From the NCBI GenBank assembly GCA_964630375.1, contig CAZVRT010000002.1, positions 1-38,737 of the forward strand: a DNA stretch of 38,737 bases, in the 5' to 3' direction. Source of the DNA: an uncultured Candidatus Saccharibacteria bacterium (GTDB lineage: Bacteria; Patescibacteriota; Minisyncoccia; Phycocordibacterales; JAACPR01). Under the pieces are notes generated by a model that saw only the letters and a program-made list of their open reading frames with translations, made no database searches and was not told where the DNA came from. Below, piece after piece: positions 7,612 through 17,533 of this stretch (positions within the stretch are counted from its first letter, which is position 1; each line of letters begins with the position of its first letter). Position numbers and translations under genes: made by a program.

Positions 7612-9303
7612 CTACAAGAAAATCTTCGCAAACTTTATTTCTTCAAAAGAATATTTTTTGTTCAATGCAGTAAAAATTGGAGTCAACTTATCAGTATCAA
7701 TCTTTTTTAAAACCTCACCAACTTCCTTCATGGTTTGCTTAAACTCTTTTGTTTTTGGTTTCAAATATTCAATATCTTTTTTTGAAATAACTTTTTCATC
7801 TAGAAGTTTTTCAATGTGATTAATAATCGTTGGTGTTTTCACCCCCTTTTCTTCAGCCATTTCTTCCAAAGTTTTTCCTTCTTTAATCATTTTATGAGTA
7901 ATTTCATAAGTGCTTAATTTTTCGCCAACTTCATCTTTTACTTTATATTTTTTTGCACCAACTTTTTCAAAAAAATCTTGATGTTGAGACTGAAATTCTT
8001 CAGCACTCATTTTATTTATTTTTATTTTATTTTGTGAAGAATCTTCTTTTAATTTTTTATCTAAATCTAAAATTTCATCATGGACACTTACCGCCATTTT
8101 ATTGAAGCCTTTCAAAAATAAACCATCCAAAGTTTTTACTCGAGAAAGCGCCACATATCCTTGCCCTTCAATAAAAGAATTCGACAAATCAATCACAGCT
8201 TTGTCTAAAGTCATTCCCTGACTTTTGTGTATTGTCACAGCCCAAGCCAACTTTAAAGGCACTTGAGAAATTTCCGCCAAAACTTTATCACCTTCTTCAA
8301 TAGACCAACTTTGTGGCGAAGCAATAAATCTTTCACCATTTTTTGTCGCAACAACCGGATATCCTTCTTCAAAATCAACAACCTCACCCACAGTTCCGTT
8401 TATGTACCCAGCAACAGGATTATTTTTCACAAACATCACTAACGCACCTTTTTTCAAAACCAATCTTTCCGAAACCAGACAACCTCGCTTCAAAGAATCT
8501 ATCAACGGAACTTTTCCTCTACTTGCCATCAAGTATTCTCTTTCATCAGATTTTATAGCTTGGAGTTTTTGATAATTAAAACTATCGACATTTATATTAT
8601 GCGTATAAAGTTTTGTAATCTCCGGATTGTCTTCTTTAATAATTCTTTTGTTTAAAATTTCCAAAGACTTTTCAGAAAGTTCCCCATCTCGAATTTCACA
8701 AAGCAAGTTCATTAAAGCATTATCCTCTTGTCTAAATTGTTCAGAAAGATAACAAGTGTGCAAATCACATTCTTTCCAAGCTTTAGATTTAAAAGCAAAA
8801 GGAGTTCGAGAAACTTCTTCTTCGTCCATAAAAATAGTCTGTTCATCATGAAATTGTTTCCTTTCAATTGGCGGAAGTTGAAAAAAATCTCCAGAAAAAA
8901 TTACTTGCAATCCACCAAAAGGTTCATCGTTTCTTTTGAAAAGTTTACAAACCCGATCAATCGCGTCTAAAGTATTTGCACTCAACATTGAAATTTCATC
9001 AATAATCAAAACTTTTGTTTTTTCAAAACGCTTCCACAAATATTGTTTTTGCTCCAAATTATCCAAATCATAATCAGTCAAAAAATCTTTTATCCCAATC
9101 CCTGCCCAAGAATGAATCGTAACTCCTTTGAGGTGTGTCGCTGCAATTCCAGTAGAAGCAGTAATCGCCACATCAACTCCATATTCGCGCAAAAAATTCA
9201 CATATTCATTCAAAACAAAAGTCTTTCCCGAACCAGCCGGACCAGTCAAAAACACATTTTTTCCTGTTTTCAAGACTTTTAAAGCCTCTTGTTGAGTCAT
9301 CAT
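7612..9303 (-). CDS. Pif1/RecD-family SF1B DNA helicase with C-terminal helix-turn-helix tail
   Basis: 563 aa with Walker A GPAGSGKTF, Walker B LIIDEISM, QLPPI, and helicase C-terminal motifs (TIHKSQGMT, YVALSRV). A C-terminal HTH-like segment (GVKTPTIINHIEKLL) is present, as seen in bacterial Pif1-like proteins. Confidence 0.9.
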   Translation of the reverse strand: MMTQQEALKVLKTGKNVFLTGPAGSGKTFVLNEYVNFLREYGVDVAITASTGIAATHLKGVTIHSWAGIGIKDFLTDYDLDNLEQKQYLWKRFEKTKVLIIDEISMLSANTLDAIDRVCKLFKRNDEPFGGLQVIFSGDFFQLPPIERKQFHDEQTIFMDEEEVSRTPFAFKSKAWKECDLHTCYLSEQFRQEDNALMNLLCEIRDGELSEKSLEILNKRIIKEDNPEITKLYTHNINVDSFNYQKLQAIKSDEREYLMASRGKVPLIDSLKRGCLVSERLVLKKGALVMFVKNNPVAGYINGTVGEVVDFEEGYPVVATKNGERFIASPQSWSIEEGDKVLAEISQVPLKLAWAVTIHKSQGMTLDKAVIDLSNSFIEGQGYVALSRVKTLDGLFLKGFNKMAVSVHDEILDLDKKLKEDSSQNKIKINKMSAEEFQSQHQDFFEKVGAKKYKVKDEVGEKLSTYEITHKMIKEGKTLEEMAEEKGVKTPTIINHIEKLLDEKVISKKDIEYLKPKTKEFKQTMKEVGEVLKKIDTDKLTPIFTALNKKYSFEEIKFAKIFL

Positions 9304-9567
9304 TGCTTAGATGATTTTAGCATATCAGATGGATTATGTGGTTTTGGTAAAAATAAAATAAATTCTGATTAAAAAATTGTGGTTGGATTTTTGGTTGACG
9401 AAAATTTAAAAATGTATTACTTTTTATTTGTTATGTCATATAGCAAAACACAATCACATAGCTCAAGAATGAACCCACAAACAGTGGCGGTTATTATTGA
9501 TGCCCAAAAACTTGTGTTTAGCTATATTTCCTTTACTTAAAAATCTCCAATCAAAATAAAGTAGAGC

Positions 9568-9600
9568 AACTCTAGCTGAACGGAAGCTAGAGTTTTTCCG
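9568..9600 (+). terminator. Intrinsic terminator-like hairpin
   Basis: AACTCTAGCT (9568-9577) / AGCTAGAGTT (9585-9594) followed by TTTCCGTTT. It lies downstream of a 35-codon ORF (9433..9540). Confidence 0.5.
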
Positions 9601-9639
9601 TTTAGTAAATAAAAACAATAAAAAAGTACATTGAATAAA

Positions 9640-10218
9640 ATGAAAACAAAACCTGAATTAACGTTTCGTGTTGGTAAAAGAGTTCGTATTCGTCTTCTTT
9701 GTGAAGATGACGCACAGATTCTTACCCAATGGATGAACGACCCAGAAGTTACTCAATATATTTTGCAGTATCTTCCAAAAAGTATCAAAGCCGAGAAAGA
9801 ATGGCTGGAAAAAATTGAGCCTAATTCTCATGATTTTGTTTTCGGTATAGAAACCGAAGATGAAACTATGATTGGTGTAATGGGTCTTCATAAAGTGAAT
9901 TATATTCACGGCACGGCAACAACTGGTGCGTTTATTGGTAACAAAGATTATTGGAGTAAAGGATATGGAAGTGAAGCAAAAATGCTTTTGCTGCAATATG
10001 CGTTTGATACATTGGGGCTTCGTAAAATTTGTGCCAGCGTTATCGACTTCAATAAAAGATCTCTTCGTTACCAAGAGAAATGCGGTTATAAAGTTGAAGG
10101 TAGGCTAAAAAATCAGCTTTTCAAAGACGGTCAGTACTGGGACGAGGTTCTTTTGGCTGTTTATAAAGAAGATTGGTTGCCTGTTTGGGAGCAATATCAG
10201 ATAGATGGAAAAATTTGA
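9640..10218 (+). CDS. GNAT N-acetyltransferase, RimJ/RimL-like (Acetyltransf_3 type)
   Basis: About 192 aa from the ATG at 9640; the supplied ORF track starts at a TTG at 9631. W-x-NDPEV, the WSKGYGSEA motif A and the YQEKCGYKVEGRLK motif are typical of RimJ/RimL-type GNATs. Confidence 0.85.
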   Translation: MKTKPELTFRVGKRVRIRLLCEDDAQILTQWMNDPEVTQYILQYLPKSIKAEKEWLEKIEPNSHDFVFGIETEDETMIGVMGLHKVNYIHGTATTGAFIGNKDYWSKGYGSEAKMLLLQYAFDTLGLRKICASVIDFNKRSLRYQEKCGYKVEGRLKNQLFKDGQYWDEVLLAVYKEDWLPVWEQYQIDGKI

Positions 10219-10242
10219 CAAAAACAAGTTTTGATTTATACT
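10215..10242 (+). promoter_or_regulatory. Near-consensus sigma70-like promoter TTGACA-16 nt-TATACT
   Basis: TTGACA at 10215-10220 overlaps the GNAT stop codon. A 16-nt spacer separates it from TATACT at 10237-10242. It points into the GC-rich hairpin cluster. Confidence 0.5.
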
Positions 10243-10249
10243 ATTGCTC

Positions 10250-10500
10250 AACCTGAACAAAGTTCTTTCTAACAACTGGCGTCGTTTGCCTAGAGAGAGC
10301 TTTGTTTTTACCGAAAAAATCATGAAGACCAAAAACTTCTTTGATAGCAACCCCATTCTCACCGGCACCATCGTCTGCGAAGACGGCGACGACGGAGGCG
10401 GCGACGGCGAGGAGTGATTTCCACTCCTCGCGCCCGCCACAAAACCCCAAAGCCCCGGTGCGCTTGCGCGTCGGGGCTTTCCTTCTTTTATTTTTCTTTT
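10250..10500 (+). ncRNA. Candidate about 250-nt structured small RNA or micro-ORF transcript, class unknown
   Basis: The locus is bounded by the promoter above and a strong terminator. It contains three consecutive GC-rich hairpins: 10372-10385 with a GCGA loop, 10397-10438 with about 16 bp, and 10449-10479 with a CUUG loop. It also contains a 31-codon ORF at 10322..10417. No plus-strand gene lies downstream. Confidence 0.35.
10449..10500 (+). terminator. Strong intrinsic terminator (possibly bidirectional, also behind gpmI)
   Basis: 14-bp stem AAAGCCCCGGTGCG / CGCGTCGGGGCTTT (two G-U pairs) with a CTTG loop, followed by a long T-rich run. The minus-strand reading is followed by a weaker TTTGGGGTTTTG. 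Confidence 0.75.
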
Positions 10501-10532
10501 TTAAAATTTCCTTAAATCTTTTACAACACCTT

Positions 10533-12020
10533 TTAATCAAACAAAACCTCTCCTGTCATACACGCAGGTTTATTCATATCAAACAAAGCCAATATTGTCG
10601 GAGCAATATCTTTCAGCGAACCGTCTTTCATTGCTATTCCGTCTTTTGTAATTATTGCAGGCACTTTATTCAATGTGTGCGCAGTATGTTTTTCATTCTT
10701 ATCAGAATCAAAATTCACTTCTGCATTTCCGTGATCAGCTGTTACAAAAGCCACTCCGCCTCGCGCGTGCAAAACATCCAAAACTCTTTTCAATTCTCTA
10801 TCAACCGTTTCAACAGCCGTTACAATCGCAGGAACGTTTGCAGTGTGTCCAACCATATCAGGATTCGCAAAGTTTATGAAAATAAAATTCACTCCTTGCT
10901 CAATTCTTTTTATCGCTTCATCTGCAATAGCTTCAGCTCGCATCTCAGGTGCTTCATCATGAGTTTTCACATCTTTTCGACTTGCCAACATTACATGCTC
11001 TTCACCATCATGTGGTTCTTCTTTTCCACCATTTAAGAAATAAGTAGCATGCGGAAATTTCTCAGTCTCAGCGATGTGAGCTTGAGTCAGACCAGCAAGC
11101 GCAACTTCATTTGCAATAGTTGTCTCAATTGCAATCGGTGGAAATGCTACGGCACACTCATAATTTTTTGAATATTCAGTCAGAGTTGCGAAAAACAAAT
11201 TCATTTCATCCTTTCTAGCCAAGATTCTTTCGGTCAACATTCTTGCCCTATCAGCACGATAATTAAAGAAGAAAACCGCATCATCTTTTTGAATTGCTTT
11301 TTCATAAACAATAAAAGGATCAATATGCTCATCTGTTTTTCCAGAAGCATGCTGTGCTGAAATTTCTTCTTCTGGAGTCACCTGACAAATATTTCCCTCA
11401 CAGTGAAAAATAATTTTCTCAACTTTTTCAACTCGATCCCAGTTATTGTCACGATCCATCGCAAAATATCTTCCGGAAATACTACAAATTTGCCCTATGC
11501 CTGCATCAGCAATAACTTCTTTTATTTCTGAAATATCTTTTACAGATTCATAAGGCGAAGCGTCTCGCCCATCTGTAAAGAGATGCAAATAAACTTGCGA
11601 AATTTCTTTTTGCTTACAAACTTTCAAAAATTCCAAAAGATGATCTTGATGAGAATGCACTCCGCCTTTTCCAATCAACCCGACAATATGCAGATTTGAA
11701 TTATTAGCAGAAACATGAGCAAACATTTGATTGAAAACTTCATTGTCTCCAAACGAACCGCCTGAAATCGCTTTGTTTATTCTCACCAAATCAGTATCAA
11801 TAACCTTTCCAGCACCAATAGTCGTGTGACCTATTTCACTATTTCCAATTTGCCCATCAGGCAACCCAACATGCAAACCAGAAGCTTCGAGCAAGCTGTG
11901 AGGATATTTATCCCAAAGAGAATCAAAGAAAGGAGTTTTTGCAGCTGCAACGGCATTATGCTCCAAGTCTTCTCTGTAACCCCATCCGTCTAAAACAATT
12001 AGTGCTACTTGCTTGCTCAT
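10533..12020 (-). CDS. gpmI: 2,3-bisphosphoglycerate-independent phosphoglycerate mutase
   Basis: 495 aa with LIVLDGWG at the N-terminus, the catalytic-Ser region GNSEIGHTTIGAG, and the C-terminal VTADHGNAE motif. It sits adjacent to eno. Confidence 0.95.
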   Translation of the reverse strand: MSKQVALIVLDGWGYREDLEHNAVAAAKTPFFDSLWDKYPHSLLEASGLHVGLPDGQIGNSEIGHTTIGAGKVIDTDLVRINKAISGGSFGDNEVFNQMFAHVSANNSNLHIVGLIGKGGVHSHQDHLLEFLKVCKQKEISQVYLHLFTDGRDASPYESVKDISEIKEVIADAGIGQICSISGRYFAMDRDNNWDRVEKVEKIIFHCEGNICQVTPEEEISAQHASGKTDEHIDPFIVYEKAIQKDDAVFFFNYRADRARMLTERILARKDEMNLFFATLTEYSKNYECAVAFPPIAIETTIANEVALAGLTQAHIAETEKFPHATYFLNGGKEEPHDGEEHVMLASRKDVKTHDEAPEMRAEAIADEAIKRIEQGVNFIFINFANPDMVGHTANVPAIVTAVETVDRELKRVLDVLHARGGVAFVTADHGNAEVNFDSDKNEKHTAHTLNKVPAIITKDGIAMKDGSLKDIAPTILALFDMNKPACMTGEVLFD

Positions 12021-12029
12021 ATAATTTTA

Positions 12030-13349
<1,320 letters not shown>

Positions 13350-13382
13350 TTATTAAACTAATATTTTTAGACAGGTATTATA

Positions 13383-14030
13383 TCACAATAAGTTTTGCGG
13401 TGGTCTAAAGAATATTCTTTCCAAAATTCTGTTTTTCTTTTCTTTTTTGATATTGTTGGCAAACTTTCGGCCTTTTTCTGTAGCTTTTGCCAAGATTTTT
13501 TTATTTTCAAATGTTTTCACATCTCCACTATAAAAAGCTCCCAGAACCTGAGCACTGTAATACAAGAAAACTCCACGAAGCCAAAAAGGAGGAAATGCAA
13601 AAAATAGAAGTTTTTGTGCCCAAACAGGAGTTCCTCCAGAAACCAAGAAATACATTCTCAAATGAGAAAGTTTTCCCACTGGTTGCTTTAAGAAATTTCT
13701 CCTATCCATATCAAGAGCAAAAAATCTGATTCGATCTATGAAATTTTTTAAATGAGCTGGAACTGAAAAATTGTAAGTTGGAGTTGCAATCACAAGTGCG
13801 TTTGCATTTTTAATTTTTTCAACCAGTTCTGCAAAATCTGATTCTTGTTCAGTTGTGCCTAATCTATTATCAAATTTATAATTTTCAATATAAATATCGT
13901 TCAAATAAATTTTCTCATAATCGACATCTTCTACCAAAGAAACTCCTGCCAAAAAAGCATCGAGCATTTTATCTGAGTTGAAACCTTTAGATGGTGAGCA
14001 AGCCAGAGCTATAATTTTATATTTTCCCAT
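13383..14030 (-). CDS. Flavodoxin-like fold NAD(P)H-dependent FMN oxidoreductase
   Basis: The ORF is open to 14072, but the likely start is MGKYKIIAL at 14030. IIALACSPSKG...ALVIATPTYNFSVPAHLKNFIDR is the typical FMN_red/flavodoxin_2 pattern. Confidence 0.8.
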   Translation of the reverse strand: MGKYKIIALACSPSKGFNSDKMLDAFLAGVSLVEDVDYEKIYLNDIYIENYKFDNRLGTTEQESDFAELVEKIKNANALVIATPTYNFSVPAHLKNFIDRIRFFALDMDRRNFLKQPVGKLSHLRMYFLVSGGTPVWAQKLLFFAFPPFWLRGVFLYYSAQVLGAFYSGDVKTFENKKILAKATEKGRKFANNIKKEKKNRILERIFFRPPQNLL

Positions 14031-14075
14031 ATCCAAAAATTGTATCATAAGGCTGTAATATTCCACATACAAAAT

Positions 14076-14104
14076 TTGACATAATCGCTTTTTATACCTA
14101 TTAT
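14076..14104 (+). promoter_or_regulatory. Sigma70-like promoter TTGACA-17 nt-TATTAT for the cold-shock gene
   Basis: TTGACA at 14076-14081 and TATTAT at 14099-14104. This predicts a 5' UTR of about 80-90 nt, as is common for csp genes. Confidence 0.5.
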
Positions 14105-14193
14105 ATGAGAGTCAAATCTTTGCTGTAGGAACACGAGGTCAGGTGACAAAGCTCAGTATGGTATTTGAAGTTAGTAGAAGTAAAAAACACAAA

Positions 14194-14394
14194 ATGGAAA
14201 CAGGAGTAATCGTACGAGTAAATCCAAAAGGTTTCGGTTTCATTAAGCGAGAAGGGGCTGACAAAGATCTTTTCTTTCACGCAAATGAACTAGTTGGAGT
14301 AGCATTCAACGACCTACAGGAAGGAGACAATGTGGAATTTGAAGTTACAGAAGGACAAAAAGGTCCTCAGGCTTCAAAAGTAAGCAGAATCTAA
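14194..14394 (+). CDS. Cold-shock domain protein (CspA family)
   Basis: 66 aa from the ATG at 14194; the supplied ORF track starts at an upstream GTG at 14143. It has the RNP1-like KGFGFI and RNP2-like LFFHANEL motifs. Confidence 0.9.
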   Translation: METGVIVRVNPKGFGFIKREGADKDLFFHANELVGVAFNDLQEGDNVEFEVTEGQKGPQASKVSRI

Positions 14395-14403
14395 ACCAAA
14401 AAT

Positions 14404-14476
14404 AAAATACCCCGAAATTTTGCCAGTCCTCGGCTCACGCCTGCGGAAGCAAAATTTCGGGGTATTTTATTTTTGT
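14404..14476 (+). terminator. Intrinsic terminator with an unusually long 20-bp stem
   Basis: AAAATACCCCGAAATTTTGC (14404-14423) pairs perfectly with GCAAAATTTCGGGGTATTTT (14449-14468), then TATTTTTG follows. The 25-nt loop is GC-rich. Confidence 0.75.
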
Positions 14477-14520
14477 ATTAATATATCCCAACTTAAGATC
14501 CATGTTAAAATAATTGAATT

Positions 14521-14898
14521 ATGGCTCAAAAGACAATGGTGCTGGTTTCAAAACTTATAGACGCAAAGCCGTTCTTGCCTATTTTTGAAAAGCAAAATAT
14601 TAAGGTTTATCAAACTGAAAGTTTCAGAGAAGCTTTACAAGTTTCAAAAGAATGGCTGCCAGGAGCAATTGTTTTTCTGGTTCCGGTTTATTGGGAATCG
14701 ATTGTTGATTTTGTAAAAGAAATTAGAAATATTCCTGAAATGGAAAAAACTGGAATCCTTTACATTGGAAAACTTATTGAAGGAGCTGAACTAACTTTCC
14801 TTCAACAACACGGAGTTAAAACTATGGCACTAGGACCAGTTCCAGTAGAAGAAATTGCTAGATTTGTAACAGATATGTTGGGAGAGTTTTATTATTAA
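14521..14898 (+). CDS. Hypothetical protein, possibly CheY-like pseudo-receiver fold
   Basis: 125 aa with an alternating beta-alpha pattern (VLVS..., AIVFLVP..., GILYIG...). No clear phospho-acceptor Asp pocket is recognisable, so the fold call is weak. Confidence 0.55.
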   Translation: MAQKTMVLVSKLIDAKPFLPIFEKQNIKVYQTESFREALQVSKEWLPGAIVFLVPVYWESIVDFVKEIRNIPEMEKTGILYIGKLIEGAELTFLQQHGVKTMALGPVPVEEIARFVTDMLGEFYY

Positions 14899-14902
14899 AA
14901 CT

Positions 14903-15136
14903 TTAAGAACAACACTTATTTGAACAAGTACAGTTTTTACACTTTCCTTTTTTGGTTTTATGAGTAAACAAAATTACAAGAGCAGAAATACCAACGAGAA
15001 GATAAATTAAACGACTTGCTGTGGTCATATTTCCAAAAATTCTTTCTACCAAATCGTATCTGAAAAGTCCTACAAGTCCCCAATTTAATGATCCTACTAT
15101 TACTAAAATGTGAGCAATTTTATTTATACACTTCAT
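14903..15136 (-). CDS. DUF378 family small membrane protein with Cys-rich C-terminal tail
   Basis: 77 aa. VIVGSLNWGLVGLFRYDLVERIFG is the DUF378 signature. The C-terminus KGKCKNCTCSNKCCS carries five Cys. Confidence 0.8.
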   Translation of the reverse strand: MKCINKIAHILVIVGSLNWGLVGLFRYDLVERIFGNMTTASRLIYLLVGISALVILFTHKTKKGKCKNCTCSNKCCS

Positions 15137-15406
15137 AACAAAAAATTATTTTATAATTTATTTATAAAGATAATTGTATCACAAGTTTAGTAAACAAATT
15201 TTAAAACATTGTTAACTTAAAAGACGATGATGCTTTCAAAGCTACAGTTACTTTGTTTAAAAAAGTTTTTCTTTTTTGTAATCTATTTTTTCTAGTTTGA
15301 AAATCGCGAACCATAATTTTTAAATTATTTTTTAATTATGATTTTATGATATTCTGGTTTTAAAGTTTGTCAACTTTTCTAGATTTAAATTTATGTGGAT
15401 AACTTT

Positions 15407-15435
15407 TTTACTTTTTTCTAGAATTTCTCTATAAT
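15407..15435 (+). promoter_or_regulatory. Putative lexA promoter (TTTACT-17 nt-TATAAT) with palindrome TTCTAGAA in the spacer
   Basis: TATAAT at 15430-15435, TTTACT at 15407-15412, and the palindrome TTCTAGAA at 15416-15423. The octamer TTTTCTAG also occurs at 15288-15295 and 15376-15383. Confidence 0.35.
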
Positions 15436-15468
15436 GTAAATATATAAGTATTTAATTTTGAGAGAATT

Positions 15469-16104
15469 ATGCATCCAATACAAGAAAAAATATTACAGAA
15501 AATTAATCATGACGGACTAAGAGGTCTTACCCTTCGACAGATTGGTGAGCTTGTTGGTGAAAAATTTCCACAAAAAATAAAGCACCATTTAAATCAACTT
15601 GAGAAAAAAGGTTTAATAAAAGTTGATAAAGATTCTAAAACAATTTCTAGAGTAACTTCTGGAACAAACAGAAACACAGGACTTGTGTCAGTCCCTATTG
15701 TTGGAACAGCAAACTGTGGTCCGGCAACAATCTTTGCAACTGAAAATATTCAAGGCTACATAAAAATCTCAAAAAATATTCTAAAAAAATGCCAAAACAT
15801 TTTTGCTATTCGAGCTCAAGGACTATCTATGAACAAAGCCGTTGTAAATGGAAATACAATTGAAGATGGTGATTATTTAATTATTGATACGGAAAGAAAA
15901 AATCCAAAAAATGGAGAAATTGTTTTGTCTGTAATTGATGATATGGCAAACGTTAAAAGATATATTTGGGACGAAAAAAATAATCAGGTTGTTTTAGCTT
16001 CAGATTCAACACAAAGCATTCCTCCAATTTTTATACACGAAGACGATAGTTTTATGATCAATGGAACTGTTATTCAAGTAATCAAATCGCCAAAATTCGC
16101 CTAA
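15469..16104 (+). CDS. lexA: LexA-like repressor (winged-helix N-domain plus S24 peptidase domain)
   Basis: 211 aa. The N-terminal HTH region is LTLRQIGELVG...HHLNQLEKKGLI. The hinge VPIVGTANCGPA resembles the LexA cleavage-site region. The Ser/Lys dyad context is AQGLSMNKA and VKRY. Confidence 0.85.
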   Translation: MHPIQEKILQKINHDGLRGLTLRQIGELVGEKFPQKIKHHLNQLEKKGLIKVDKDSKTISRVTSGTNRNTGLVSVPIVGTANCGPATIFATENIQGYIKISKNILKKCQNIFAIRAQGLSMNKAVVNGNTIEDGDYLIIDTERKNPKNGEIVLSVIDDMANVKRYIWDEKNNQVVLASDSTQSIPPIFIHEDDSFMINGTVIQVIKSPKFA

Positions 16105-16124
16105 TCTGCTAATATCAACAAGTT

Positions 16125-16568
16125 ATGGAAAAAGCAGTAAATACGTTAAAAAAAGGTACGAAAATTATAGATGAATTTAAAAGTTTTGTAGCAAAAGGTA
16201 ATGCAGTTGATCTGGCTGTTGGAGTTGTAATCGGTACAGCCTTTGGAAAAATTGTTACTTCATTAGTTGAAGATTTAATTAATCCAATTATTGGCTTGCT
16301 GACAGGCGGAATTGATTTCTCAGATAAAGTAATCAGACTTCGAGAAACTACTGAGACACAAGCTGCGCTTACAATAAATTATGGCGCTTTTGTTACAGTG
16401 CTTATCAACTTTATCATCGTTGCTTGGGCAATCTTTTTGGTTGTAAAAGCTATCAATAAGCTTCGTGACACGGTAGACAAAAAAGATGAGTGTGATCCAG
16501 CAAAACCAAAAGAACCATCAGAAGATATTTTGCTTCTTCGAGAAATTAGAGATAGTTTGAAAAGATAA
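16125..16568 (+). CDS. mscL: Large-conductance mechanosensitive channel
   Basis: 147 aa. [40 protein letters not shown] is the canonical MscL TM1 region, and a second TM helix follows. Confidence 0.95.
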   Translation: MEKAVNTLKKGTKIIDEFKSFVAKGNAVDLAVGVVIGTAFGKIVTSLVEDLINPIIGLLTGGIDFSDKVIRLRETTETQAALTINYGAFVTVLINFIIVAWAIFLVVKAINKLRDTVDKKDECDPAKPKEPSEDILLLREIRDSLKR

Positions 16569-17528
16569 TTATCCTAATTTAACTTTAAAATTTTCAATAT
16601 CAGGGACTGATTGAGGATCAGTTCCTTTTATTTTTGCAATCTCTAAAGCTGTCCAATCTGCAATTAGCAAACTACTAAATAACTTCTCAATATTATTTTC
16701 ACCAGATAAATAAAGGTTTGTAACAACATAACCTTTTTCTTCTAAAATCTGGCTTGTCACTTGCATTCTTCTTTCAATTCTCGGACTATCAACGGCATCA
16801 TGCAAAACAATGAAGTGAAATTTATCAGAACTTTCTGGAGAACCAGCGAAACCTTGCATTTCATTATGATTCAATTCCGGAAACAAATTATAGAAAGCTG
16901 GTGTCTTCGCTGTTTCATTGAATTTAATTTTCCAATTGTACGCAATTGTCAGGTTTGAATTTGAAGTATAAATCACTGGAATTTTTGAACCAATTTCCTT
17001 TGCAAGATTCTTCCCTTCTTCCATAAAACCTGCTGGATCAATTTTTGATCCTGTTTCTTTTAGTTGGTTCAACAATTGGTCTTCTCTCAAAATTTTTGCC
17101 AGAGCAATCGTAGAAAATCCAATCGCCAATCTTGGCTCAATATCATCATCAGGAATCAAAACATGTGGCAATTGATTATCTACTGCAATATCAAAAAGTT
17201 TTCCTCCGGTAGTCAAAATTAAAACATCCAAATTCTTCTCCATCGCAATTTTCAGAAAATCTAAAACCTCTTCTGTATTTCCAGAATGAGAACTAGCAAT
17301 CAAAAGACTTTCTTGCAAAAACTCATCGTCATAAGGCGGTAAATCATAATCTCTGTGAACATATAATTCAATTCCAGGTTTTAGAACTTTAATTATTCCA
17401 GCAGCCAAATGTGATCCGCCCATTCCACACAAAACAAAATGTTTGTAATCTGCTTTTAACTTTTCTTCGTTTCTTATTATTGGATCGTATTCAAATTGTT
17501 TATTAAAGTTTATGATTGATTGCTCCAT
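16569..17528 (-). CDS. Bifunctional phosphoglucose/phosphomannose isomerase (SIS-domain, archaeal-type PGI/PMI)
   Basis: The likely start is MEQSIINF at 17528, although the ORF is open to 17603 and would then overlap the upstream gene. It has the SIS motif CGMGGSHLAA, SHSGNTEE, and a C-terminal PELNHNE motif typical of this family. Confidence 0.85.
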   Translation of the reverse strand: MEQSIINFNKQFEYDPIIRNEEKLKADYKHFVLCGMGGSHLAAGIIKVLKPGIELYVHRDYDLPPYDDEFLQESLLIASSHSGNTEEVLDFLKIAMEKNLDVLILTTGGKLFDIAVDNQLPHVLIPDDDIEPRLAIGFSTIALAKILREDQLLNQLKETGSKIDPAGFMEEGKNLAKEIGSKIPVIYTSNSNLTIAYNWKIKFNETAKTPAFYNLFPELNHNEMQGFAGSPESSDKFHFIVLHDAVDSPRIERRMQVTSQILEEKGYVVTNLYLSGENNIEKLFSSLLIADWTALEIAKIKGTDPQSVPDIENFKVKLG

Positions 17529-17533
17529 ATTTT

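Noticed and set aside
10372-10440. SRP (4.5S) RNA domain IV, suggested by a GNRA-capped GC-rich hairpin.
   Set aside because: The conserved flanking motifs of helix 8 (an AGGUC...GGAAGCAGCC-like symmetric/asymmetric loop context) are not present around the GCGA loop. No long closing helix to a 5' arm is visible.
10241-11036. 231-aa plus-strand ORF 10341..11036, and the minus-strand ORFs 10241..10540 and 10105..10440.
   Set aside because: 10341..11036 is antisense to gpmI and has a low-complexity translation rich in F/I/S/C/R. The minus-strand ORFs run through the terminator hairpins and overlap the GNAT or gpmI ends, and they lack any protein-like features.
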